Shown here in pieces: positions 12,905 through 25,719 of a stretch of DNA of 64,000 bases (position 1 is its first letter; each line of letters begins with the position of its first letter). This DNA is from Squalus acanthias. Lineage: Eukaryota. The stretch lies in assembly GCA_030390025.1 (NCBI GenBank), contig CM059432.1, positions 12,648,001 to 12,712,000 on the forward strand. Reading direction: 5' to 3'. Position numbers and translations under genes: made by a program. The notes under the pieces are model-generated. The model ran no database searches and was not told where the DNA came from. It saw nothing but the letters and a program-made list of their open reading frames with translations.

Positions 12905-13340
12905 ATTTTTTAAAATTCATTCATGGGATGCGGGTGTCACTGGCAAGGCCAGCATTTATTGCCCATCCCTAATTGCCCTTGAAAAGGTGGTGGTGAGCTA
13001 CCTTCTTGAACTGCTACAGTCTGTGAGGTGAGGGGACTGTGCTGTTCGGGAGGGAGTTCCAGGATTTTGACATAGCGACGATGAAGGAATGGCAATATAT
13101 TTCCAATTCAGGATGATGTGTGACTTGGAGGGGAACTTGCAGGTGGTGGTGTTCCCATGCACCTTCTGCCCTTGTCCTTCTAGGTGGTAGAGGTTGCGGG
13201 TTTGGGAGGTGCGGTCAAAGAAGCCTTGGCGAGTTGCTGCAGTGCATCTTGTAGATGCTGCACACTGCAGCCACGGTATGCCGGTGGTGGAGGGAGTGAA
13301 TGTTTAAGGTGGTGGATGGGGGGGCCAATCAAGCAGGCTG
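12905..13340 (-). mobile_element. CR1-type lineage B 3' fragment
   Basis: Matches 6757-7200, including the ggcaaggccagcatttattgcccatccctaattgccctt tail. Confidence 0.88.
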
Positions 13341-14704
13341 AAACAGATGTTAGCCCTCCACATGGACGCACTTCAGAGCTTGGTAGCGTACAGACTATTT
13401 TAGGGGCAGATAACATCAGATTTTATGATACAAATAGGATTTAAGGGTCGAAAACGGAGCGCAGTACGTGCCATTTTCGGGGAGCAATGTCCCACACCTG
13501 AACAGCGCTAAGGGCACATAAGCGACTGCCCTGGCACCTGCAGTGCCTGCCTGAAACAGGCGGTGGCCCCTTACGTTATGTAAATTGAGGGACGTAACGC
13601 CTGTTTCAGGACCGCTGCACTGAATTGCTGAGTGATGAGCCTGCTCTGCTCACGCTTCTTGAGCGGTCGCTGCGGCCTAAGTAGCGACCACCACCAAAAA
13701 GTACACTTTTTAAAAAACGTTCCCGTGGATCCAGGGGGAGGAGGAGTGCTCCTCCTGGCTCTACAGCACTCGTGAAGGCCATTGCTGGCCCACGCTCGGC
13801 CCCCTCCTACCACTGTTCTTTGGGGAGCTGGCCCGAAATTGTAATGCCTTTTGGAAGTCTAGATTGTTCATTCTGGCTCCATGTCAAGTTAACGCATATT
13901 CTATGATTGATCTTGGCAATGTCACCTCATTTACCTTAAGGACTGCTGACAAAGTCAGGACTACTGTTGGTGGTAACGCTATACTAGAAATGCATTATAA
14001 ATATTTCTTAACTCATTATCTCATCCTTCCATAGAATCATGGAATGATACAGCACAAAAGGAGGCCATTCGGTAGAGCTATCCAATTAATCCACTCCCCT
14101 GCTCTTTCCCCTTAGCCCTGTAATTTTCGTTCCTTCAAGTATTTATCCAATTCCCATCTGGGAACAAAGAGTACATCTGCATTCCAAAAACAAAGTAAGA
14201 TTTGAGCCTGTGTTATTTAAGCAATGTTCTTTTTATTCGTGAGTCTCTAATTTAACATCTACAGCCTTTGTGCATGAGAAAGAGCAGTATCGGATCTGTC
14301 TACATTGCAGGAATTATTCCCTTTAGTCTATGTAGGAAGTCCCTGAACCTTTGATGTGATCCAGGCCGGCTCTTTGCCTGTTTGCAGCTGCTGCACCAGC
14401 GACTGTGCTATCACAGCTATTGTACTTTCCACGTGTCTAGCTGCTCCAGCTATTATTGGCTTTCCATCAAGAAAAGTTTTCTCACATTTCAAATGAACCC
14501 ATTAGAGCTACCTTGGTTAACATCTGTGCTGCATCAATAGACAGTTGTTATAATAATTGTTTTTTTTAAGCAAACTGGTAATTCATTAATGATTAGGAAT
14601 AGAACCCTTTTACATTGAAAAGTTACTGAGTTCTTCTTCAGTAGAAAGCTTATATTGGCTTCAAGTGCCATGTTATGTTTTTAGAAAATTAGCAATCGTG
14701 TCAT

Positions 14705-15132
14705 CATCCAGGACAAAGCAGCCCGCTTGATTGGCACCCCATCCACCACCTTAAACATTCACTCCCTCCACCACCGGCGTACCGTGGCTGCAGTGTGTAC
14801 CATCTACAAGATGCACTGCAGCAACTCGCCAAACCCGCGACCTCTTCCACCTAGAAGGACAAGGGCAGCAGGCGCATGGGAACACCACCACCTCCAAATT
14901 CCCCTCCAAGTCACACATCATCCTGACTTAGAAGTATATCGCCAATCCTTCATCGTCACTGGGTCAAAATCCGGAACTCCCTACCTAACAGCACTGTGGG
15001 AGTACCTTCACCGCACGGACTGCAGCGGTTCAAGAAGGCGGCTCACCACCACCTTCTCAAGGGCAACTAGGGATGGGCAATAAATGCTGGCCTTGCCAGC
15101 GACGCCCACATCCCACAAGCGAATAAAAAAAA
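14705..15132 (+). mobile_element. CR1-type lineage B 3' fragment
   Basis: ORF IGTPSTTLNIHSLHHRRTVAAVCTIYKMH, same 3' UTR and poly(A). Confidence 0.9.
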
Positions 15133-15884
15133 AGTGAGGCAAGGAGGGGAGGAAAGATGGGAGAGGAAGGATAACCATTCAGGGTTTTCCCTTGTAACTT
15201 CTATTCAGTGAACCCTGCTGGAAAGGCTAGATACTTATGGCTAGATTTTCCCCTCCCGTTGAGTCCAATTTCTAGTGGATCTGTGTGGGCAGGGTGGGAA
15301 ATCGGGCAAGGATCCATTCGGTCAGCTCCCCACCGATTGCAGTCACTTCCAGGATTTTCCACCAGAAGCAACCATCGCGAACAATGAATATATCTGCCCA
15401 AATATGGTATGGTATGATATGGTAGCCTAGTGGTTATTGTACTGGACTAGTAACCCAGAAGTTCAATTGCCCCACACATGGTATTTGCATGTAGATGGGT
15501 GAGGATAAAGCAGGTTCGGCTCTCATGCCGTCCAGTGTCCAACAACCTGCTGACACTCAATGCCAGAGTTTTTGCTTCGGCACCAAACCAGTGGAAACTC
15601 ATCATGGTGGACTTTGTGCCTGCATGACTTTCTCCTCTGACCCCCAACAAATTTTCTGGGGTCAGCCTAATTGGCACAAAGTTGGTGGGCTTCTGATGGG
15701 ATTTATCCATGCACTAGGGAAACGCACCTTCAGGGTAAGAGGGGTGATGAAAAATGGCTGCTCCAGCCTTGAGCAACTGCAACCGCAGAGGAGGGATCGT
15801 TTTATTTAAATGATATTTGCGGGGCATGGTACAATCGATCACCCCGCAATCAATTGCACCCCTTTATGGGCCTTTAAACTTTTA

Positions 15885-16769
15885 GGGGGAGAAATTCGGT
15901 ATCGCCCCGTTTGGGGCAATTATCGGCTGGGCGCAAAGTTTAGCGCCTGGTGCTAATTATCGCCTCCGACTGTAAACTTGGCTTCTATCGCCCCTGGAGG
16001 TGATTGGAGCACTAAATCAGGCGCTACACACCTCTCTTAAGGCGCTAACGCCGAGGAGCGAGGCGCTACCTCAGAGCGCTGGCGAAGCTCATGTGATGTC
16101 AGTCAGCAATGGAACACAGACACACTGGCGCCAGCCAGTTCTTAAAGGGGAGGGTTGATCTTGCTCTCCATCCACACCCTGCTCATTGCAGCCTTGAATC
16201 TTGGCCTGGAGAGACCTATACATCAAATCTGCTGGAAAGAACAATGGAGAGGCCCAGAGAAAGAGCTCAGAGTGCAGCCCCCAAAGTCTCTTCTAAATCG
16301 ATGCAAGGAAAGTCAAATCAAAATGAAACTGCAAAGTACTGCTCAGTACCCAAAACTCCTTCACACAGCGTTGAATATCTCCAGAAGTCTCTCTCTCTCA
16401 GAATGCGTGGTGCAAAAATGTCGCCGATAAAAAAAGGCAGGAAGCGGTCACCTTTAAATAGCACTCCCCTAGTCCCTTCCCGACTGCAAAACGCTCCCCT
16501 CAACCTGTCGTTGCTAGCGGCAGGCGGTAAGGCAGGTGGCGCCACTCAATATCCAGTCCGGGGCGCTACTGGGGCGTTGCACGCTCGACTGACGTCACGA
16601 TCTGCCGGCGCAGGAGATCATGGCGGTAGTGTTTAGCGCCCCCGTTAAATGTCTGGTCAATTTCGCGAGCGGCGCAAACATCGCCGTGCCCGGGCGCTAG
16701 TTGCTTTGCACCCCATTAGCGCCCTCTTAAGGCGCTAATGGGAGGCGCAACCAACTGAATTTTTCCCCC
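15885..16769 (+). mobile_element. PIF/Harbinger-type non-autonomous element
   Basis: TIRs GGGGGAGAAATTCGGT / ACTGAATTTTTCCCCC; exact TTA target-site duplication (15882-84 and 16770-72); CpG-rich subterminal regions. Confidence 0.88.
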
Positions 16770-16924
16770 TTAATCTCCTGCACGTCCTGGCAGCCCGGGA
16801 AGCCAGGAACATGGTGGTGTGCTTTGTGTCCAGCTTCACTATGTCAGTAATGATGGAAACTCTGAAGTACAATGTCACTCAGTCATTACCGCCCACTTTG
16901 AGTATGCTGACTCATGTTTTTAAA

Positions 16925-17235
16925 AAAAAATTATTATTTGTTCTTGGGACGTAAGCAAGGCCCCATTTGCTAATAATCCTTAGTTGCCCTGAGGGCAGTG
17001 TGGGACTGGAGTCACATGTAGGCTACACCAGGTAGTGGTGGCAAGCTCCCTTACTTTAAGGACATTAATTAACCAGTAGGGTTTTTTACAACAATCCCAT
17101 AAATTTCATCGGTTTTTTTTGGTGCTAGCCGCCAGATATATTGAATTCAGTTTTACAATATACCACGGGGGTAATTGAATTCACAACCTATGGATTACTA
17201 GTCCAGCACCATAACCACTAGGCTACCAAACCATG
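16925..17235 (-). mobile_element. Second tRNA-derived SINE family with a CR1-lineage-B-like tail
   Basis: Minus-strand head ggtagcctagtggttatggtgctggactagtaatcc; tail cagggcaactaagg..ggggccttgc..gtcccaagaac resembles the lineage B LINE 3' end. Confidence 0.7.
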
Positions 17236-17959
17236 CCATGTTTGGGCAGATGTGGTCATTATTGATTGTCACTTCTGCTGGAACGTCGGTGGGGAGCTGG
17301 CATAATTCCTCCCCGCCCGATTTCCCACCCTGCCCGCACAGATCCGCTTGGCATCGGGCAGAGCAAGAGGGGCATATCTAGCTTTCAGGATGTAGGCTCA
17401 CACATGAGGAATGCTGCTCTGAGTGAGGTACTGGAAGAGCTGTGCCTGAGCCTTTCAAGAGAATCTGCCCTATCAAATCCTTCCAACAATTCAAACCTTC
17501 GATCAGATCATCTCTCCATCTTCTATACTCAAGGGTCAACAACCCAAATTTATGCAAACTGCCCTCATAATTTAACTCCCTCAGCCTCTAAAAAACCAGA
17601 ATGGGTATGCTATCATATGAAAAAAGAAATGTTTTATCTTGCATTACTCTTAGATCGTCTAACGAATTTCAATTACTTTGGGCTAGATTTTAGTTTGCAA
17701 CCTGAAGACACACTAACTGCCCTTGTAGTGCTACAGAGCATCAGAGGAAAGATTGTGGAATCATAACTCCAGTCTCCTTCTCTCTCTCACACTCTCTCAT
17801 TGTTTTCCATCTTCTGTTCCTAGCATGCAACACAATTTATTCCTCCCATTGGTTGAAGTGAATAATGGGCTATATTACGCACGCTCTCCATTCAGTATCT
17901 GCTTTAGCTCACGTCCTGTCCACTCTTTCTTGCAATCACCGAGCTGCTATCCGTCTTAT

Positions 17960-18262
17960 AGATGAGATGTTAAACCGAGGCCCCGTCTGCTCTCTCAGGT
18001 GGACGTAAAAGATCCCATGGCCACTATTATCTCTGGTGTCCTGGCCAGTATTTATCCCTCAATCAACATAACAAAAACAGATTATCTGGTCATTATCACA
18101 TTGCTGTTTGTGGGAGCTTGCTGTGCACAAATTGGCTGTCGCGTTTCCTACATTACAACAGTGACTCCACTTCAAAAGTGCTTCATTGGCTGTAAAGCGC
18201 TTTGGGACATCCGGCGGTCGTGAAAGGAGCTATATAAATGCAAGTTTTCTTCTTTCTTTCTT
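17960..18262 (+). mobile_element. SacSINE1-like SINE, 5'-truncated
   Basis: Deu-like domain (gttaaaccgaggccccgtctgctctctcaggtggacgtaaaagatcccatgg) plus tail. Confidence 0.88.
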
Positions 18263-19257
18263 TACTCTTCTGCTGTTCCTAGCTTACAACTATGGTTTTT
18301 GAACTTAGAGCTGTTACAAGCCATGAGATGAATCTATTGCAGAAATTGATACGATTCCGCACATAGTTAAGTATTGCAGCTGATGGCTGGGCAAAGCACT
18401 TGTTGTATCCCTTTCTCATTACAATCAGAGGAGTCTACCCCTTGCCTCTGAAAAGTCTCGATTCCTCTATTCTCCCTCCTTGGCCTCCTGTTTTTTGACC
18501 CTAATATTTTGTACAATGCTCTTTACTTCTTCTTTGAAATGATCACTTCCCAAAATACAGTAAACCTGACTTGGCATCTTCATTTAACTCTGAAATGTTG
18601 ACGAGGTAGATAGTTATTTTGAACCCTTGTACGTCTTTATAGGATGTGATCAGGTTCAATGAAGATTGCTGCATTACTGGCAGCTTTTCTCCACACAGTG
18701 TCTGCAGTTCCAACATTGCCCTAACTTGACTCTTATTACTTATTCTGAAGTTATATTAAACTTAGGTCTCCAGACATTAGGGGAAATACCTTGGATTATT
18801 CCCATAGTCCACTGTGCCTCTGAGCTTCATGCGAGGTATGCGTGTAAGCAAAGAGCGGATATTAATCATTTAAAAGAGTTTTCTATAGCCAAGTTATTTT
18901 CCTATTCAGCCACTTATTAATTTTAATTGCTTACTTACATAACAACAAATTTGCTTGGTGAATGGATTTATTATCTGTTAATATAGAAAAATATGGAACT
19001 ATAATTTTTAAGTGCCCTGACTTCCACGTTATGGGACATTATTAAATCTGAAGTAACTCAATATTGAACAACAGAGTATTGAATATGTTTTTAATATGAG
19101 CGGTTCTGATGAGATTCTAAATTACATAAGAGCAGTCCCGAGGAGTCTGAACTCACATATGGGGTCACAGCCTCCACTATCCTTCCTTTTTCTGAATTTT
19201 GTGCTCATGAAGGTGAGTGTTGGTGAATGGAACATTTTCCCTTGTCAAGCACCTTTC

Positions 19258-19830
19258 GTGGGAATTTTAAACGGGCCTGACAGGGAGCAGCAGTGGGAGG
19301 GCCCAGCCGTTTTTAACGGCCCAGCCTCATTAACATGCTGCTGGCCGGTTCCCCGACCAAAATGGCCGGCAAGATGGCCGGAAGCAGCAGGAAGTCGGGC
19401 AGCTCAAAGGTCACCCGCCAGGTCCAAGGTAAGTACGGGGATGGATGGGGGCGAACGGGGGTTCCTGGGCAACCAGCGGTTAAAGAAGGGGTGGGGTGGG
19501 GGAGGAGTCTGGGCAGTAAAGGCCTACAACTACCCTCTCGGGCCCGGTGAAGTATTCCTGCTGCTCTGGGCTCCGCAAAGATAAGTTTTAAACTTGCCCC
19601 TTCGATGGTCTGAGCAGGTTCTTGCCGTCAGGGCAGCCACTGTGGGCGCCTCACCGACTTCCTGATTACGATGACCTTGGGGTCGTATTGACATAATTGT
19701 ATGAGGCTCCCGCCTGACTCGCACTTTGTAGAAGCAGCGGAATGAGGACGGAGAATGTAATTCACCCGCTTCATTTTAACTGCCCCCAACCCACGCGATT
19801 TCCGCTGGGCGGGGAAGTTAAAATCCCCCC
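19258..19830. mobile_element. GC-rich MITE, probably Harbinger-type
   Basis: Ends gggaattttaa / ttaaaatcccc; GC-rich interior with an architecture like the other MITEs. Confidence 0.6.
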
Positions 19831-20358
19831 CCCCCCTCTCGTGTCAGTATCAAATACTACCAGTTCTAATCTGGCAAAGTGCCCTTTATTCCACCTCAGT
19901 AATGACTCTGCAATTTTGTGCCATTTTTTCCAATTTCCCACAGCACTGCTCCTGTGTCAATCAGTGTGCATTCAGTACAAGGTTGAGGCTGTCCAAACAC
20001 ATTTCACATAGAAAGAAAGAAAGAGAGACTTGCATTTACATAGCGCCTTTCACAACCTCAGGACGTCCCAAAGCGCTTTACCGCCAATGAAGTACTTTTG
20101 AAGTGTAGTCACTGTTGTAATGTTAGCATCCTTATTTGCTTTAATCAGAGAAACCTCTCATCCCATCAGTCCGGGTCCCCGTGATGAAAGACCAACATCT
20201 AATCCACTGCATCACCCAGTCCCACAGTTTGCTTCATCAACACAACAGCTACTTTATATACGATAGCAAAATACTGCGGATGCTGGAAATCTGAAATAAC
20301 AACAGAAAACGCTGGAAAAACTCAGCAGGCCAGGCAGCATCCGTGGAGAGAGAAAGAA

Positions 20359-20395
20359 AGTTAACGTTTCAGGTCGATGACCTTTCGTCAGAACT
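20359..20395 (-). ncRNA. Minimal type I hammerhead ribozyme motif, copy 1
   Basis: Minus strand reads agtt-CTGACGA-a-aggtc-atc-gacct-GAAA-C-GTT-aact: intact core, stem I agtt/aact, stem II aggtc/gacct, loopless palindromic stem III, GUU cleavage triplet. Confidence 0.8.
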
Positions 20396-20726
20396 GTGAA
20401 GAGCCGGAAATCAAATAGATTTAAGGCCAGAGTAAAGCTGGGAAAAGGGGGAGGGGATAAAAGAACAAAGGGGGAGATGAAGAGACATTAAGAGATATGC
20501 AAGGCTAGAGGTGGTGTAAATGTGAACAAGGTTGAAGAGCCAAATGGAAATCCCGTCGAAGAGAAGAGCAGAACTTCTTCAAGGTAGGCATTCCTAGAAG
20601 AGAGGTGGCAGTGAACCAAACACTAATACGATAGCAAAATACTGCGGATGCTGGAAATCTGAAATAACAACAGAAAACGCTGGAAAAACTCAGCAGGCCA
20701 GGCAGCATCCGTGGAGAGAGAAAGAA

Positions 20727-20763
20727 AGTTAACGTTTCAGGTCGATGACCTTTCGTCAGAACT
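20727..20763 (-). ncRNA. Minimal type I hammerhead ribozyme motif, copy 2
   Basis: Identical to 20359-20395, 368 bp away. Confidence 0.8.
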
Positions 20764-21117
20764 GTGAAGAGCCGGAAATCAAATAGATTTAAGGCCAGAG
20801 TAAAGCTACTTTATATAATAGTACGTCATGGTTATGTTATTTACTGATGGTTACAGAATTTAAAGACCGCTGGTACATATGAACATAGGAATTGCTTGAC
20901 GAGAAAAGACCACGGTCCTTCTACCTACCTGGTAGTCACATGATACAATGATAATGGAGTTGTTGAGTAATCAGGGGAATCAATCTCTACCAATTAGTCT
21001 GCAACAGACCCATACACGACCTCAGGAAAATCCCAGTGTTGGAGAGCTTTGGGAACTATAGGTCCAAAGTCACTTGTTCCTCCCAAGCATGCTACACTTA
21101 CCACATGTCACGTCTCA

Positions 21118-21472
21118 ATTTTTAAAAATTTGTTTATGGGATCTGGGCGTCGCTGGCAAGGCCAGCATTTATTGCTCATCCCTAATTGCCCTTGAAAAGG
21201 TGGTGGTGAGCCGCCTTCTTGAACCGCTGCAGTCCGTGTGGTGAAGGTACTCCCACAGTGCTGTTAGGGAGGGAGTCCCAGGATTTTGACCCAGCGACGA
21301 TGAAGGATTGGCGATATACTTCTAAGTCAGGATGGTGTGTGACTTGGAGGGGAACTTGGAGGTGGTGGTGTTCCCATGCGCCTGCTGCCCTTGTCCTTCT
21401 AGGGGGAAGAGGTCACGGGTTTGGGAGGTGCTGTCGAAGAAGCCTTGGCGAGTTGCTGCAGTGCACCTTGTA
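21118..21472 (-). mobile_element. CR1-type lineage B 3' fragment
   Basis: Same 3' UTR as the other lineage B copies. Confidence 0.88.
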
Positions 21473-22024
21473 CTCATATACTGCATCGCAAAATGTTATT
21501 TTCTGAAAGAAATCTACTTAGGATATACGGCACAGAAACAGGCCATTCGGCCCAACCAGTCCATGCCGGCGTTTATGCTCTACTCGAGCCTCCTCCCGTC
21601 TTTCCTCATCTCACTCTATCAGTGTAACCCTCTATTCCCTTCTCCCTTCTCCCTCATATGCTTGTCATTATCTCATTTGCATTTGAATGTATGCTACAGT
21701 TGACCGCCATCATAAGGGCACAAATGATTTGTATTCATGTGACGGGATACATTGAGGGCATGGGGTGGGACAACTGCAGTTAGGACAGATGACCTGAAGT
21801 TAGATATTCTTGAAGTAGAGAAATATCAAGCTCATATCTACAATTGTGTCCACCATATTTTCATAAATTTTATGCCAAAAATTTGCTTATGCTGAGTGGA
21901 ATGCTAATGCTTGATTTTCAGCCTGGTGTTGCAAATGAACTATGAATACTACTATATAAAAAAAATATGAAAAAGGTCTAGTTTACTCCATATGCCACAA
22001 AAAAATTGATTTCCATGTACATTA

Positions 22025-22490
22025 AGAAAGGCTTGCATTTATATAGCGCCTTTCACAACCACCAGACATCTCAAAGCGCTTTACAGCCAATGAAGTACTT
22101 TTTGAAGTGTAGTCACTGTTGTAATGTAGGAAACACAGCAGTCAATTTGCACACATCAAGGTCCCACAAGCAGCAATGTGATAATGACCAGATAATCTGT
22201 TTTTGTTATGTTGATTGGGGGATAAATATTGGCCAGGACACCGGGGAGAACTCCCCTGCTCTTCTTCGAAATAGTGCCATGGGATCTTTTACGTCCACCT
22301 GAGAGAGCAGACGGGGCCTCGGTTTAACGTCTCATCCGAAAGACAGCACCTCCGGCAGTGCAGCACTCCCACAGTACTGCACTGGAGTGTCAGCCTAGAT
22401 TTATATGATCAAGTCTCTGGAGTGGGACTTGAACCCACAACCTTCTGACTCAGAGGCAAGTGTGCTATCCACTGAGCCACTGGCTGACAC
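22025..22490 (-). mobile_element. Full-length SacSINE1-like DeuSINE
   Basis: Complete head, body and tail. Confidence 0.92.
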
Positions 22491-23083
22491 ATCAGAGGAC
22501 ATTGTCTGCATGGCTTGGGAATTCCATGGGATTCTCCCGATCCCTCACTGTAATTTTAGTGGTGATTGGCGGAGCCTCCAGCAAAATTTTGTAAACGTCT
22601 GTTTTCAGCAGTTTCTCTGGGGTTTCCATCAATCTCCTGTGATACGGCAGCAGTTCGGGAGAACCACTATGAGATGTCCAAGCCTGGGCGTTTGGAAAAC
22701 TCTCTGTATGTTAGCAGAGGCCACAAAAGCTGTGCATTATTTTTGTCACAATGACCTCACACAAAGGAGGGAGATTTTTTCTGTGCGCTATGTGTAATGA
22801 ACTTGTTGAGCGGCTTATACATGTTACATGTAGGGCACCAGGAAATCTTCCCTTTCGCCTTGATGCATTCCAACATGACTTTTGTAATCATGTGATTTGT
22901 TTGAAACAAACAAAAGATTCGCGAATTGCTTTTCATGAGGACAGAAGGAGATGTGAGGACCAACAGATATTCTGTCGTTTTATATGATTACTTTTGGGGA
23001 TCAGGAAATATTTAAGCAGAATGTTCCCTCAGGTGATTAAATAGGTGGGTAGGGTTTGTGACAGATTATATGTGACTTCAGTT

Positions 23084-23308
23084 GGTCCTGGCCAATATTT
23101 ATCCCTCAATCAACATAACGAAAACAGATTATCTGGTCATTATCACATTGCTCTTTGTGGGACCTTGCTGTGCGCAGATTGGCTGCCGCGTTTCCCACAT
23201 TACAACAGTGACTCCACTTCAAAAAGTACTTCATTGGCTGTAAAGCGCTTTGAGACGTCCGGTGGTCATGAAAGGCGCTATATAAATGCAAGTCTCTTTC
23301 TTTCTTTC
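23084..23308 (+). mobile_element. SacSINE1-like 3' half
   Basis: ggccaatatttatccctcaatcaacat...ggcgctatataaatgcaagtctctttc. Confidence 0.88.
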
Positions 23309-24719
23309 AGTAAGCAGCAGGCTTGATGGGCTATAATGATCTTTTTACATTCCTTAAGATAGGGACACAAGAATTAAACTTGATTAAAATTCAGAAGGAA
23401 AAACTTAAGGCTAGACCCTTAATTGCCCAGGATATCTTCCATCATGTACACAACTCATATTAAAACTAAAAATGGAGTTGAGGTACAGATCAGCCATGAT
23501 CTAATTGAATGGCGGAACAGGCTCGAGGGGACGAATGGCCTACTCCTGTTCCTATGTTCCTACTTCATGAGTTGTGCCTGATATACGTGAGGTGAAAATA
23601 CAACTTCGATAAACAAGCACAAATGTTCCCATGTTTATGACCCTGAATACCCCATGTAACTGTGCAGGAGAGCATTTAGTCTGCGGGGTACATATATACT
23701 GTAAAGTAACACAGGAATTATATATTGTATATTGTTGTAGCAATAACCATGATGGCAATTAAATAGTTTGTAGGTAAAAATCCGTCAGCATCACAATCAT
23801 TTTGTAAATATCTCCGTGTTCTCTTTACAAATTGAAAATACAAATGGCTTGATGGGTGTTGAATTTGGCTCAGTAAATAGCTCCACTAAAACTGTGCTGA
23901 AAGACAAGAAAAGTTTGACAACTGTAATGGTTTATAATAAGAGATCAAAGAAAATGAGGTTGCAGTGTTCTTTTTCCACATTAAAAACATGCCATATCAC
24001 AAAGCCCTCAGGCCTTCTCCATTCCCAGCTGCTTGCCTGAAGGGACTGCAATTGCGATTTTTCCCTGGTATGGTCCTTATCACTGCAGTCAAGAGGTCTT
24101 GGCTGTGCCTGAATTTTCTGTGATATTGCTATCTTTGTTTTTGAAACTCTGCGCAGATTGTGTGTCATTAGTACAATATTTTCTTTCCATATGCCCTTGA
24201 CAAGATTGCCGTATCTTGACGCTTGGAAGATATTTGGGCCTTTTGTCTTTTCATTCTTTATTTTTTCCCACACAGCGAACGATAAAGTAACAGCGCATCA
24301 TATCAGAATAATTCAGATCAAGCTATTCCAAAGAGTATATCTGACCCCAGGAAATCTTTTACAGAGAAAACTATCGGCACTAGAGGCAAGATAGGGAGGA
24401 TGTGAATGTATGCCACATAATGCAGACTTGTGACAGAGGACTAATTCAGATGTCACAAGAGAGTGCAATCCTATCTCATGTACACTGCAGGAAAATGCAT
24501 TTGATGTATATTCATGGTATAAGTGCCTGTTGCCATAATACGCACATTGGGTCATATTCTGCCACCCTCATTCGTCATGGTGCATTAGGATTGTTATGCA
24601 CTGCTAAAGAGGGAATAGATAGGGTACTAATGTGGCTCTAGAGGCCAATGGAATGTCTTTTTACATTTTGGGTGCTGTTTCTGTTACGTGTACTGGGGGA
24701 ACACAATGGGGTGAAATTA

Positions 24720-25183
24720 AAAAAGAAAAAGAAAGACTTGCATTTATATAGCGCCTTTCACAACCACCGGACGTCTACAAAGCACTTTACAGCCAATTAA
24801 GTACTTTTTGAAGGGGAGTCATTGTTGTAATGTGGGAAACACAGCAGCCAATTTGCGCACAGCAAGCTCCCACAAACAGCAATGTGATAATGACCCCACA
24901 TAATCTGTTTTTGTTATGTTGGTTGAGGGATAAATATTGGCCAGGACACCAGGGATAACTCCCCTGCTCTTCTTTGAAATAGTGCCATGGGATCTTTTAT
25001 GTCTACCTGAGAGAGCAGACGGTTTAACATCTCATCCGAAAGACGGCACCTCCGACAGTGCAGCGCTCCCTCAGACACTGCACTGGAGTGTCAGCCTAGC
25101 TTTATGTGCTCAAGTCCCTGGAGTGTGACTTGAACCCACAACCTTCTCGACTCAGAGGCGAGTGTGCTACCAACTGAGCCACT
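24720..25183 (-). mobile_element. Full-length SacSINE1-like DeuSINE
   Basis: Complete head, body and tail. Confidence 0.92.
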
Positions 25184-25719
25184 GCCTACCGTCACTGGTG
25201 ACCGTTACTGGTGATCTTTGGTAGTAAAGCCATAGTTACATCGTTATAGCACCGAAAAGATTTACATTTTTAGCATATCACTCTGCTTTTGCGTCATTGT
25301 TGTGCTAAACGCAAATTTCCTTTTCTCTTTTTCGCATCTTCGAGAATCCGCTCGTTCAAGCCGAGGCTCATTTGCATAAGATGATCACCTGGTGGCGCTG
25401 TGCATGAGAATTTCCTGCTTACTGCACTTTGGGCAAATGGACCCGTCTAAACCAGGCACGGCTGCTCTCAGTCACCTAATGCAAGCGATAGTCAGGAGTT
25501 TGACAGCTTTGAAGAGTCCCCAAACCTTCCTTGCTGATTTCTGCTCAACAAACATTTTCAAACCCGTTTTTTTCAGTTTTACTCTGTTTTGGACTTGCAA
25601 ATCCTCTCTCCACCGCCCCCCCCCCCACCCCAACCACACAGTCCTACAATCTAACCGCACCCCTACATTCTTGACCCCCCCCACTCCCCCGGACTCTCAC
25701 ATACTCAGAACAACTTAGG

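Larger units (their letters stand above)
20261..20803 (-). mobile_element. Non-autonomous Penelope-like element with two identical terminal repeats
   Basis: 182-bp direct repeat (20258-20439 and 20626-20807) matching the PLE terminal repeat at 5355 and 29241; flanked by duplicated agctactttatata (20247-60 and 20804-17). Confidence 0.9.

Noticed and set aside
22400..22490. tRNA-like sequences at SINE heads
   Set aside because: They are Pol III promoter heads fused to SINE bodies, not tRNA genes.
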